Source: a virus (Duplodnaviria > Caudoviricetes). Taken from it: a stretch of 24,857 nt of DNA. Where the stretch lies: IMG/VR virus record IMGVR_UViG_3300028587_000039, positions 1 to 24,857 of that record; one strand, written 5' to 3'. The position numbers and the translations under genes were made by a program. The notes beneath the pieces were generated by a model that saw nothing but the letters and a program-made list of their open reading frames with translations, was not told the DNA's origin and made no database searches. Positions 14,237-22,145 of the stretch are shown here, one piece after another (position 1 is the first letter of the stretch; each line of letters starts with the position of its first letter).

Positions 14237-14818
14237 ATGGAAGAAACTCGCAAGGGGCCTATTCCGGGCGGAGGTAAGTCCGCACGACCTCGCGCTGTAC
14301 GCCGGCGCTTGAGGAATGCGGGAGCTCAGGGCCGCACCGAGGAAGAGATTCTCGAAGACATCGAGACGCTCTACCAGAAGCCAGTCGATGAATGGGACTG
14401 GGAAGAGCTTTCCCGGGGTATGCCCCGAGGGCCAGACGGGAAATTCGCCGGTCGTCGTCCCAAGTGGATTACGCCGGCCGTTCAGTCCGAAGCGAAGCGC
14501 CGTATGCGTCTGCTGAGCGAAGAGCAGCTCATGACCCACGCGGACGCTGCGATCAAGACCCTTACGCAGCTCATGGGCGATCAGGACACGGACGAGAAGG
14601 GCAACTACGTTGTCCCTGCTGCTGTCAAGCTCCAGGCCGCTCAGTACATCCTGAACCACACAATCGGAACCCCCAAGGCTCGAGTCGAGATCGAGTCTCA
14701 TTCGCCTCTCATGGAAATGATGGGCGCGGTGCTCATCAACCCCGATGGTGAACGGTCTCACCACGTCATCATCGAGGGTGAAGTGGTCGAGGATGAAGAA
14801 GGTGATGGAGGTGAGTGA
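14237..14818 (+). CDS. probable terminase small subunit
   Basis: 193 aa, first gene behind the late-region promoter; RGPDGKFAG motif, helical core, acidic IIEGEVVEDE tail. Not adjacent to TerL, so function is inferred. Confidence 0.55.
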   Translation: MEETRKGPIPGGGKSARPRAVRRRLRNAGAQGRTEEEILEDIETLYQKPVDEWDWEELSRGMPRGPDGKFAGRRPKWITPAVQSEAKRRMRLLSEEQLMTHADAAIKTLTQLMGDQDTDEKGNYVVPAAVKLQAAQYILNHTIGTPKARVEIESHSPLMEMMGAVLINPDGERSHHVIIEGEVVEDEEGDGGE

Positions 14819-15242
14819 TGGCACGCGGGATAGCCAAGGGCGGACGAGGCAAGAAGGACAAGCGCAAGAAGGGTCAGAAGCGCTAGACCCGTGTGACTGC
14901 GGACAGACTCGAGGGTGGCATGAGCTGAACAACACTCGGCACAAGTTCACCCCGAAGGGCCAGGCTATCGACACGCGCCAGTTCGACCGTAAGCGCACGA
15001 GAGAACGTCGCGAGGGTGATTCCCCGTCGAGGCGCGTTCTAAGCGCGCAGGGAGCAGCTGAGCGGGGCGTATTGCGTCCTGTTTCGTCGCCGTTCGACCC
15101 CGTGTTGCGCATGGCGCTGATAGACGCAGGAATCATCACGGTCGAACAGCTGCAGGAAGCGGAGAAGAAGATCGCCGTGTTCACCCAGCAGGTGACGCAG
15201 ACCGGACTGGTATACCGGGGAGGCGAGAATGCCGACGCCTGA
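14805..15242 (+). CDS. hypothetical protein (CxC..H..H motif)
   Basis: Within ORF 14745..15242; start 14805 or 14811; PCDCGQTRGWHELNNTRHKF and C-terminal LIDAGIITVEQL helix. Confidence 0.7.
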   Translation: MEVSDGTRDSQGRTRQEGQAQEGSEALDPCDCGQTRGWHELNNTRHKFTPKGQAIDTRQFDRKRTRERREGDSPSRRVLSAQGAAERGVLRPVSSPFDPVLRMALIDAGIITVEQLQEAEKKIAVFTQQVTQTGLVYRGGENADA

Positions 15243-15477
15243 GTATGGGCCGGGTGTATTCGGCGAGAAGTACGGGAAGCCCTGGGTAAAGCCCGCTGCT
15301 GACGGATCCAAGGGCTCCGAGTACGGTGGTGTGGAAGGGTTGATCGCCCCGCCGCCACACGACGTGAAGGATTACGCTCGTGAGCAGCTCATGCTGCTGA
15401 TGAACACGGATCCCGGTGACGAGATGTCAGGGGCGGATCTCCCTCCGATGAAGACTGTCAGGAACTACAACGAATGA
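15229..15477 (+). CDS. hypothetical protein
   Basis: 82 aa; GGAGG RBS; ATGA coupling. Confidence 0.8.
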   Translation: MPTPEYGPGVFGEKYGKPWVKPAADGSKGSEYGGVEGLIAPPPHDVKDYAREQLMLLMNTDPGDEMSGADLPPMKTVRNYNE

Positions 15478-15677
15478 TCCAGAGGCGATGGACCGCCGTC
15501 ACCCTGGGATTCCTGCTCGCGGTGTGGACGGCAACTATCGCCTACCGGACTAATCCGGTTATTCCTTTGCCCAAACTCTTTCCACCGCTGCCAGTGACCC
15601 AGTGTTCTAACCTCATTCCGGGCGATCTTGCGGTCGAGCGATGGGTGCCGAGGGTATGCTACGTGCAGGAACGGTAA
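15474..15677 (+). CDS. small membrane protein (one TM)
   Basis: RRWTAVTLGFLLAVWTATIAY; coupled at both ends. Confidence 0.7.
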   Translation: MIQRRWTAVTLGFLLAVWTATIAYRTNPVIPLPKLFPPLPVTQCSNLIPGDLAVERWVPRVCYVQER

Positions 15678-15946
15678 TGATAGGGTTCGCCCTGGGCTGC
15701 GCGCTTTTCTTGTCGCGGCCTGAGGGCCTGGTGCCAGTGGTTTTCCTCACGGTAATGGGCTCTGTCCTAGTTCTCGTAGCGCCCAAGGAGTGTAACTGTG
15801 CAGCCATTCATGCTGCCGAAAGCCGACGCGATCCTCTGGAAGGACGACAGGAGCCGAGCGTACGGCATACGGCCACTTCTCACCGTCGACGGACCGCCAA
15901 AGAAGGTGATCTGGCTCCCGCCCAAGAACAGCCACCTGCCACTTGA
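15677..15946 (+). CDS. small membrane protein (two hydrophobic segments), holin candidate
   Basis: MIGFALGCALFL...LVPVVFLTVMGSVLVLVA then charged tail; TAATG start. Confidence 0.5.
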   Translation: MIGFALGCALFLSRPEGLVPVVFLTVMGSVLVLVAPKECNCAAIHAAESRRDPLEGRQEPSVRHTATSHRRRTAKEGDLAPAQEQPPAT

Positions 15947-16532
15947 CCAGGGTCAAGAGGGAGCTTGTGTCGGGTTTGGCTGGTCAGCTGAGCTGCAGGT
16001 GCCGCCGGTAGAGATTCCGGTGCATAGTCAGTTCGCTCACAGTTTCTACCTGGGCGCTCGTGATGTGGATCGGAAGGCCGGTCGGTTCTTCGCAGAGGGC
16101 GCGACGGTTCTGGCGGGTGGGATGTACGCCATTCGTCGGGGCTGGGTCAAAGAGATCCGCTGGTGCTTCGGGATGAATGACCTCCAGGACACCGTCACCA
16201 CACGCGGGCCGGTCGTCCTGGGCATTCCGTGGAAAGCCGGGATGTACCAGACTGATGACGATGGGCGGGTGTGGGTCAATGGTGAGACTGTTGGCGGTCA
16301 TTGCATTCTCTGCATCGGCTTTTGGCCGAATCACCCCCTCTGGGGTAACGTCTATGTCGTGCTGAATTCCTACGGCAAGAGCTGGGGCATCAACGGAATC
16401 GGCTACATCACCGAGGGCGACATGCGGCGATTGCTCATTGACGAGCAGGGTGAAGCCTGTATTGCCACCGACATTGCCCCTCAGCCGAAGAAGCCGCTCT
16501 GGCGGAGGTTCGTTGACTCTTTCGCCGCATAA
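15798..16532 (+). CDS. papain-like (C1-type) cysteine peptidase
   Basis: LDQGQEGACVGF (Gln/Cys), GGHCILCIG (His), VLNSYGKSWGINGIGY (Asn); AAGGAG RBS. Confidence 0.88.
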   Translation: MQPFMLPKADAILWKDDRSRAYGIRPLLTVDGPPKKVIWLPPKNSHLPLDQGQEGACVGFGWSAELQVPPVEIPVHSQFAHSFYLGARDVDRKAGRFFAEGATVLAGGMYAIRRGWVKEIRWCFGMNDLQDTVTTRGPVVLGIPWKAGMYQTDDDGRVWVNGETVGGHCILCIGFWPNHPLWGNVYVVLNSYGKSWGINGIGYITEGDMRRLLIDEQGEACIATDIAPQPKKPLWRRFVDSFAA

Positions 16533-16568
16533 ACTGCCCGATCACAGCGGGTAGAGGAAGGCGGTAAC

Positions 16569-16898
16569 GTGGATTATCAGGCTGCGAAGGACCTGGTTCT
16601 CCTCGGGGTCCGCATGGATGCTCTCGAGAACAGGATGGACGAGATGGGACAGATGACCGAGGCGGCCATCGGCGAGCTCACCGGCGCCGTGAGTGAGGTC
16701 GAGCAGGAGATCACCGCCCTGAAGAACGAGATCGAGACGGGCCAGGCGTCCGACGCCGACGTGGCGAACCGTCTGGGCGGTCTCGCGACCCGACTGCGCA
16801 ACGCCAGCCCGGACACCCCCGTGGTGACCGAGCCGACGGAGCCGGTGGTTGAGCCCACCGACGGCACGGCGGAGACCGACAACACGGACAACGTCTGA
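16569..16898 (+). CDS. coiled-coil protein with acidic Pro/Thr tail
   Basis: 109 aa heptad pattern; VVTEPTEPVVEPTD tail; very high GC3. Confidence 0.8.
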   Translation: MDYQAAKDLVLLGVRMDALENRMDEMGQMTEAAIGELTGAVSEVEQEITALKNEIETGQASDADVANRLGGLATRLRNASPDTPVVTEPTEPVVEPTDGTAETDNTDNV

Positions 16899-16910
16899 TC
16901 TGAGTGAACG

Positions 16911-16953
16911 CGGCGGTCCCTGCCTAATGACAGTAGGTGGGGGCTGCCGTTCT
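16911..16953 (+). terminator. probable terminator
   Basis: 16-bp stem CGGCGGTCCCTGCCTA/TAGGTGGGGGCTGCCG, 7-nt loop, then TTCT. Confidence 0.65.
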
Positions 16954-16979
16954 CAGTCATTACTCCGGTCAATCCTGGA

Positions 16980-16994
16980 TGATAAAGTTACCCA
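16980..16994 (+). promoter_or_regulatory. extended -10 promoter, leaderless
   Basis: TGaTAAAGT(16980-16988)-6 nt-GTG(16995), right after the terminator hairpin. Confidence 0.55.
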
Positions 16995-17261
16995 GTGACC
17001 GGGCACGAGGATAGCGAGAATGATCGAGTAGCCGAGGGGCTACATAATACTCTAGCGACGTTCTTTCGGGAGAGCCCAGACCGGGCTATGCTCCTGAAAT
17101 GGACACTACAAGCCGAGGTAATAGACCACGACGGTACTTCAGCCTTGTGGACGCTATCCATGCCGGGAATGGCTATATGGGAGCGCCAAGCATTCACCCG
17201 TCATGCCCTGAAGTACTATGACTGGGTGCAGCAGAGGGCCAATGAGGAGGGTGTGGGATGA
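16995..17261 (+). CDS. hypothetical protein
   Basis: 88 aa; ATGA coupling to TerL. Confidence 0.7.
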   Translation: MTGHEDSENDRVAEGLHNTLATFFRESPDRAMLLKWTLQAEVIDHDGTSALWTLSMPGMAIWERQAFTRHALKYYDWVQQRANEEGVG

Positions 17262-18640
17262 CTGGCCAGAAGGTATTTCGGAAGGACGAGTACTTCGCCC
17301 GGACGGGATACGTTCCGCACGACGGTCAGAAGGTCCTTCACTACACCTCGAAGCGTTTTCGGGTCGTTTCCAACGGACGACGGTGGGGTAAGACCCTTTT
17401 CGGCGCCAAGGAAGTTGAGCCGTGCGGCCTGACCGTGTCCTCGATTACGGGAAAGCCTCAGACAGGGTGGATTGTCGGCCCTCAATTCGCGGATGCGGAG
17501 AAGGAATTCCGGGTGGTTTACGACACCTTCCGGAAGCTGGGGATTGACAAGCACTCCATCAAGTTCGTAAACAACGTGGACAACGGCTCGATGGTCATCA
17601 AGACCAACTGGGGATTTGAGCTGCTCTGCAAGTCCGCGAAGCACCCCGAGACACTGGTGGGTGAGGGTCTTGACTTCGTTCTCATGGTTGAAGCAGGACG
17701 CCATCGCCGTAGAACTTGGGGACAGTACCTCCGGCCTGCTCTTTCTGATAAGCGCGGCTGGGCCATCTTTTCGGGCGTACCAGAGGGTCGGTCCGAGAAC
17801 AGTCTGCTGTTTGCTTTGTGGGCAAGAGGACAAGACGACTCTTATCCTTACTGGGGTTCCTGGCGCATGCCGTCATGGACTAATAACATCGTATTTCCGG
17901 GCGGCCGCAATGATCCTGAGATCAAGGAAGCGGAAAGCGACCTAACGGAAGACGAGTTCATGCGCCAGTACGGCGCAATGTTCGTCGAGAAGACCGGCGT
18001 CGTCATGAAGGAATGGGACGACGAAGTCCACTGGAAGAACCTGAAGTACAACCCCGGATGGCCCGTCTACGGTGCGGTTGACTACGGGTTCACCAACCGG
18101 TTCGTGTGGCTGTGGATTCAGGTCGACGAAGAGGGCAACTGCTACGTAATCCGTGAGCGAGGCTGGACGCTCAAGGACACGGTCGAGATTGCCGAAGAGC
18201 TCAAGAATGACCCCATCGACGGGCCTCTGTCCCGCGTGGCGACCGCATTCTACCCAGACCCTGCCGAGCCTGACGACACGCTGACCATCTCGAGGGCGTT
18301 GAAGATCCCCAGCCGGGGCAATACTGGTGGCGAGCTGAAGACTCGACTTGCCATTATTCGCTCCAAGCTGAAGACGTACCCGAACCATCTGCCATTAGAC
18401 CACCCTGAGCGTCGCCCACACTTGCTGGTAGATCGGCAATGTGCGACACTTAGATGGGAAATGGCGGAGGGCTACAAGTGGCCCGAACACCGCTCAGAGG
18501 TCACCTCCGAGAAAGAGCATCCAATGGACAAGGATAACCACAGCGTGGAAGCCCTCGGGCGATTCATGCGTGGCTACTACGGGATGCCGGGTCAGCGTAA
18601 GGCTCGCTCTCGAGTTTCTACGGCAAAGATGGGAGGCTGA
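17258..18640 (+). CDS. terL: terminase large subunit
   Basis: PHDGQ, Walker A NGRRWGKT, GEGLDFVLMVEAG (variant Walker B), motif III SGVP, nuclease GAVDYGFTN and DKDNHSVEAL; directly upstream of portal. Confidence 0.93.
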   Translation: MTGQKVFRKDEYFARTGYVPHDGQKVLHYTSKRFRVVSNGRRWGKTLFGAKEVEPCGLTVSSITGKPQTGWIVGPQFADAEKEFRVVYDTFRKLGIDKHSIKFVNNVDNGSMVIKTNWGFELLCKSAKHPETLVGEGLDFVLMVEAGRHRRRTWGQYLRPALSDKRGWAIFSGVPEGRSENSLLFALWARGQDDSYPYWGSWRMPSWTNNIVFPGGRNDPEIKEAESDLTEDEFMRQYGAMFVEKTGVVMKEWDDEVHWKNLKYNPGWPVYGAVDYGFTNRFVWLWIQVDEEGNCYVIRERGWTLKDTVEIAEELKNDPIDGPLSRVATAFYPDPAEPDDTLTISRALKIPSRGNTGGELKTRLAIIRSKLKTYPNHLPLDHPERRPHLLVDRQCATLRWEMAEGYKWPEHRSEVTSEKEHPMDKDNHSVEALGRFMRGYYGMPGQRKARSRVSTAKMGG

Positions 18641-18642
18641 CG

Positions 18643-20160
18643 ATGACTGCTCCCATGACTCCGTACTCTACGCTGAACCTGTTCTGGCCCCAGCTCATGC
18701 CGACGTGGATTCCGGACGAGCTCGACCAGCAGCGGATCCAGTCGTACCAGATCTACGAGCAGATCTACTGGAACATGCCGGAGACGTTCAAGCTCGTCTA
18801 CCGTGGCCAGGAAGATAAGCCGATCTACGTGCCGTCGGGCCGGACGATCATCGAGGCGACCAACCGCTACATCGCCCCGGACTTCGGCTTCACTGTGGCG
18901 CCTCGCATGGGCAGCGAGCAGACGGTCAATTCCGAGGTAATCTCCCAGGCGACGGCTTTCCTGGAGGACCTGTTCACTCGTGAGCGATTCTTCTCCAAGT
19001 TCGCCGGGAACAAGCGCTATGGACTCATCCGAGGTGACTGGCTCTGGCACATTGTCGCCGACTCGACTAAGCCAGAGGGAAGTCGCGTCTCGATTTACCC
19101 TCTCGACCCAGGATCTTACTTTCCCATCTGGCACCCTGACGACCTGGACCGGGTGCTCGGGTGTCACATTGTTGACACCTTCATCGAGAACGATGAGACG
19201 TTCATCAAGCGGCTGACCTACCGCAAGAATGAGACGCCGGGTGGTGCGATCTCGGTCGAGGAAGCGATCTTTAAGCTGGATGATTGGCAGGGCCCCGCGG
19301 CCAAGCCGATTAAGATCATTCGGCCTCTGCAATTCGTGCCGGGCATCACGACTCTGCCGGTCTACCACATCAAGAACTTCGAGGAGCCCGCCAACCCGTT
19401 CGGGTCGTCGGAACTGCGGGGTGTGGAACGCCTGATCGGCGCGGTCAACCAGTCCATTTCGGATGAGGAGCTTGCCCTCGCGCTGGAAGGGTTGGGTCTG
19501 TATGCCACCGACGCACCGCGTCCTACGAATGATGATGGCGAGGAGACTGATTGGGTCCTCGGCCCTGGTCGAGTCGTGGAGATGGATCCGGGACATACTT
19601 TCAATCGGATCAGCGGCATTAGCTCTGTCTCCCCGTATCAGGATCACGTCGGCTATCTGGAGAAGCGTCTCTTCCAGGCCCTGGGAGTTAGCGATGCTGC
19701 TCTCGGCATTGTGGACGTCTCGGTCGCTCAATCGGGCATTGCGCTGCAGTTGCAGTTCCAGCCGATGGTCGCAAAGACGAACGAGAAGGACCGGGACATC
19801 ATCGATGTCCACGCCCAGATGTTCTACGACCTCGTCACGCAGTGGCTGCCCACATACGAGGGCGTAAGCTTTGAGGGCATGCGGGTTCTGCCTCGTATCG
19901 GCGGGAAGATTCCCATCGACCGGGTAGCGAAGTTCACTGAGCTGAAGCAGATGCTCGAGCTGGGCGTTATCTCCGCGGCTTACTACCGCATGGAGGCTGC
20001 TCGACTCGGTTACGTCTTCCCGGACGACATCGAAGAGCAGATCGACAAGGAGCGCAAGGCGAAGGCTGCTGCTGAGGCTGCCGCTGATCCGTACGCTCAG
20101 CGAGTAGACGAGGAGCTGACCGATGCCCCGACGGCCGGCAGCGAGATCGCTACTGAATAG
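18643..20160 (+). CDS. portal protein
   Basis: 505 aa after TerL; LPVYHIKN...FGSSEL and AQSGIALQLQF motifs of SPP1-like portals. Confidence 0.88.
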   Translation: MTAPMTPYSTLNLFWPQLMPTWIPDELDQQRIQSYQIYEQIYWNMPETFKLVYRGQEDKPIYVPSGRTIIEATNRYIAPDFGFTVAPRMGSEQTVNSEVISQATAFLEDLFTRERFFSKFAGNKRYGLIRGDWLWHIVADSTKPEGSRVSIYPLDPGSYFPIWHPDDLDRVLGCHIVDTFIENDETFIKRLTYRKNETPGGAISVEEAIFKLDDWQGPAAKPIKIIRPLQFVPGITTLPVYHIKNFEEPANPFGSSELRGVERLIGAVNQSISDEELALALEGLGLYATDAPRPTNDDGEETDWVLGPGRVVEMDPGHTFNRISGISSVSPYQDHVGYLEKRLFQALGVSDAALGIVDVSVAQSGIALQLQFQPMVAKTNEKDRDIIDVHAQMFYDLVTQWLPTYEGVSFEGMRVLPRIGGKIPIDRVAKFTELKQMLELGVISAAYYRMEAARLGYVFPDDIEEQIDKERKAKAAAEAAADPYAQRVDEELTDAPTAGSEIATE

Positions 20161-21013
20161 CTTCCTGGGCGAGCAAGTCCAGGTCGACGCAGAACTGGCG
20201 CAGGTGTTGCAACTTGCCGCTAGGCAATCTGCGGCGCAGGTGAGGCGACTCAACCTGAAGAAGGGCACGTCCGTCGGTGCTCGCGTGAGGGCAGCGCAGT
20301 TTCAGCAGGTACTGTCAGAGATTCTACGGATTCAGAGTGATCTGTGGGTCGATGGGGTACAGGGCACGATCCTGCGCAACCTCGAGCGAGCTGAGCGAGC
20401 TGCTGAAGCGTCGCTGGATGATGTCGGGCTCATTCTAGAGAATGCCGTTGGCGAGAGACGCGCTGCGGCATTACTGGAGGGGTTCAGGCAGGCAGCCAAG
20501 GCGGGAATGCGGCTGGACCGTACGCGACGTGCTCGGGCACTATCCGCCAGGGTGTGGAAGAATGCGTCTCTGGCGCAGGGGCGAGTGGAAAGGCTAATTC
20601 GAGCCGGAATCATCCAGGGACTGACCGCCCGGGAACTGGCTCAGAATGTCCGATCTCACATTTCCCCTACCACGCCGGGCGGTGTAGGATATGCCGCGAT
20701 GCGACTTGCTCGAACGGAGCTCAACAATGCTTTCCACGAAGCACAGAAGCACACTGCGGCAGCGCCGTGGGTGCGGGCAGTGCGGTGGAACTTGTCGGGC
20801 ACCCATAAGAGTCGCGTCAAGGGCACGGATAAATGCGATCTGATGGCTACTCAGAACATCTTCGATCTGGGGCCGGGGCGATATCCAGCGGATGAGATCC
20901 CCGATAAGCCACACCCGCAGTGTCTGTGCTTTGTCACGTACGAAAGCGTCTCCGAGACGGAGATGCTGGACATGCTCCCAGCGATAGTACGCGCTCGGCG
21001 AGCCACCGCATAG
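20123..21013 (+). CDS. MuF-like minor capsid / head morphogenesis protein
   Basis: RLARTELNNAFH, W..S..H, CD, PHPQCLC; position after portal. Confidence 0.85.
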   Translation: MPRRPAARSLLNSFLGEQVQVDAELAQVLQLAARQSAAQVRRLNLKKGTSVGARVRAAQFQQVLSEILRIQSDLWVDGVQGTILRNLERAERAAEASLDDVGLILENAVGERRAAALLEGFRQAAKAGMRLDRTRRARALSARVWKNASLAQGRVERLIRAGIIQGLTARELAQNVRSHISPTTPGGVGYAAMRLARTELNNAFHEAQKHTAAAPWVRAVRWNLSGTHKSRVKGTDKCDLMATQNIFDLGPGRYPADEIPDKPHPQCLCFVTYESVSETEMLDMLPAIVRARRATA

Positions 21014-21042
21014 GGGTCAGAGGCCCCGGAACGGAGTGAACG

Positions 21043-21675
21043 ATGAGCGACACGACCAGCTCTGAGAACGACCAGAACGAGGGCGGACAGGGCGCCCCTG
21101 GCGACGACACCGAGGGTACGTCTTCGGGCTCGCAGGGGACGACTGGGCGCCAGCAGGAAGGCTCAGAGAACGAGGGCACGGGCGACACCGTGTCGCGCGA
21201 CGAGTTCGAGGCGATCAAGCGGCGGATGCAGGCCGCTGACCAGCGCGCCGCCAAGCTCGAGCAGGAGAAGGCTGAGCAGGCGCGCAAGGAGAAGTCTGAC
21301 CTGGAGAACGCCAAGGCGGATCTGGAGCAGGCCCAGGCTCGAATCTCGGAACTCGAGCAGCTCGTCAACTCCACTGCGGTGGAAACCGAGTTCGTCAAGT
21401 ACGGCAAGCACGACTGGGTGGACGTCGAAGCGGCGCTCCGCCTGCTCGACCGCGAGGGTGTGGAAGTCAAGGACGGCAAGGTTTCCGGGCTGGGCCCGGC
21501 AATCGAGAAGCTCGTCAAGGCCAAGCCGTACCTCGTGAAGCAGGGCAACCAGAACGACTCGTCAGGGGCGAGCGGTTCTGCCAGCAATGGTCGGCGCAAG
21601 GGTGAGGGTGACGGCGTGAAGCCGGATCTGTCCTCGCGATTCCCGGCACTGCGTCCGGCCGCTGCCCGGAAGTAA
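21043..21675 (+). CDS. capsid scaffolding protein
   Basis: Acidic disordered N-terminus, coiled coil, IEKLVKAKPYLV, Gly/Ser tail; position before the capsid genes. Confidence 0.85.
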   Translation: MSDTTSSENDQNEGGQGAPGDDTEGTSSGSQGTTGRQQEGSENEGTGDTVSRDEFEAIKRRMQAADQRAAKLEQEKAEQARKEKSDLENAKADLEQAQARISELEQLVNSTAVETEFVKYGKHDWVDVEAALRLLDREGVEVKDGKVSGLGPAIEKLVKAKPYLVKQGNQNDSSGASGSASNGRRKGEGDGVKPDLSSRFPALRPAAARK

Positions 21676-21708
21676 CACCCCACACGACAAAGAAACGGAG
21701 CTAGGCAG

Positions 21709-22107
21709 ATGCCCGCTCGCTACGACAAGTACGACCCCATCAGCGGGGGGTTCCGTGTGAACCTGGCCGCTGCCATCACGGATCCGGCGAAGATCGGTGT
21801 CCCGCTTGCGGTCGGCCTGAACGCATCGGGCAAGCTGGTCGAGGGCGCGGGCGCTTCTGGCGTCATCGGCGTTCTGGTCGCGGACCAGGCGAAGGCGGCC
21901 AACGAGGTCGTGGACGTCATGACCGCTGGCGAGATCGTCGACCTCAACGAGACCAACTTCGACCCGGGTGCCAAGTACTACGGCGCCACCACGGGCGCGG
22001 TCAACACGACCAACACCGGCGTGCCGCTGGGCTGGACCGTTGCGGACACGTCGCCCACCACAGGCGTCATCCGTTCCCGGTTCATCGTCCGCGTCAAGCA
22101 GGCCTGA
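21709..22107 (+). CDS. capsid decoration/cement protein
   Basis: 132 aa beta-rich, GVIGVLV..AKAANEVVDVMTAGEI; between scaffold and MCP. Confidence 0.7.
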   Translation: MPARYDKYDPISGGFRVNLAAAITDPAKIGVPLAVGLNASGKLVEGAGASGVIGVLVADQAKAANEVVDVMTAGEIVDLNETNFDPGAKYYGATTGAVNTTNTGVPLGWTVADTSPTTGVIRSRFIVRVKQA

Positions 22108-22145
22108 TAGCCCACCAACGGGCAGAATAGGAGAAGCAGAAAACC

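Noticed and set aside
15100-15175. MshEN c-di-GMP-binding motif (VLRMALIDAGIITVEQLQEAEKKI)
   Set aside because: Only one partial copy; lacks the RLG start and terminal LxxQ, so it could be a generic short helical motif.
14192-15358. 388-aa minus-strand ORF
   Set aside because: Antisense to three coupled + strand genes; no motif support.
18592-20268. 558-aa minus-strand ORF
   Set aside because: Antisense shadow of the portal gene, expected from high-GC codon bias.
18395-20473. bldA-type control through TTA codons in terL (18395) and the MuF-like gene (20471)
   Set aside because: Host is unknown and these genes use other A/T-ending codons freely, so isolated TTAs are uninformative.
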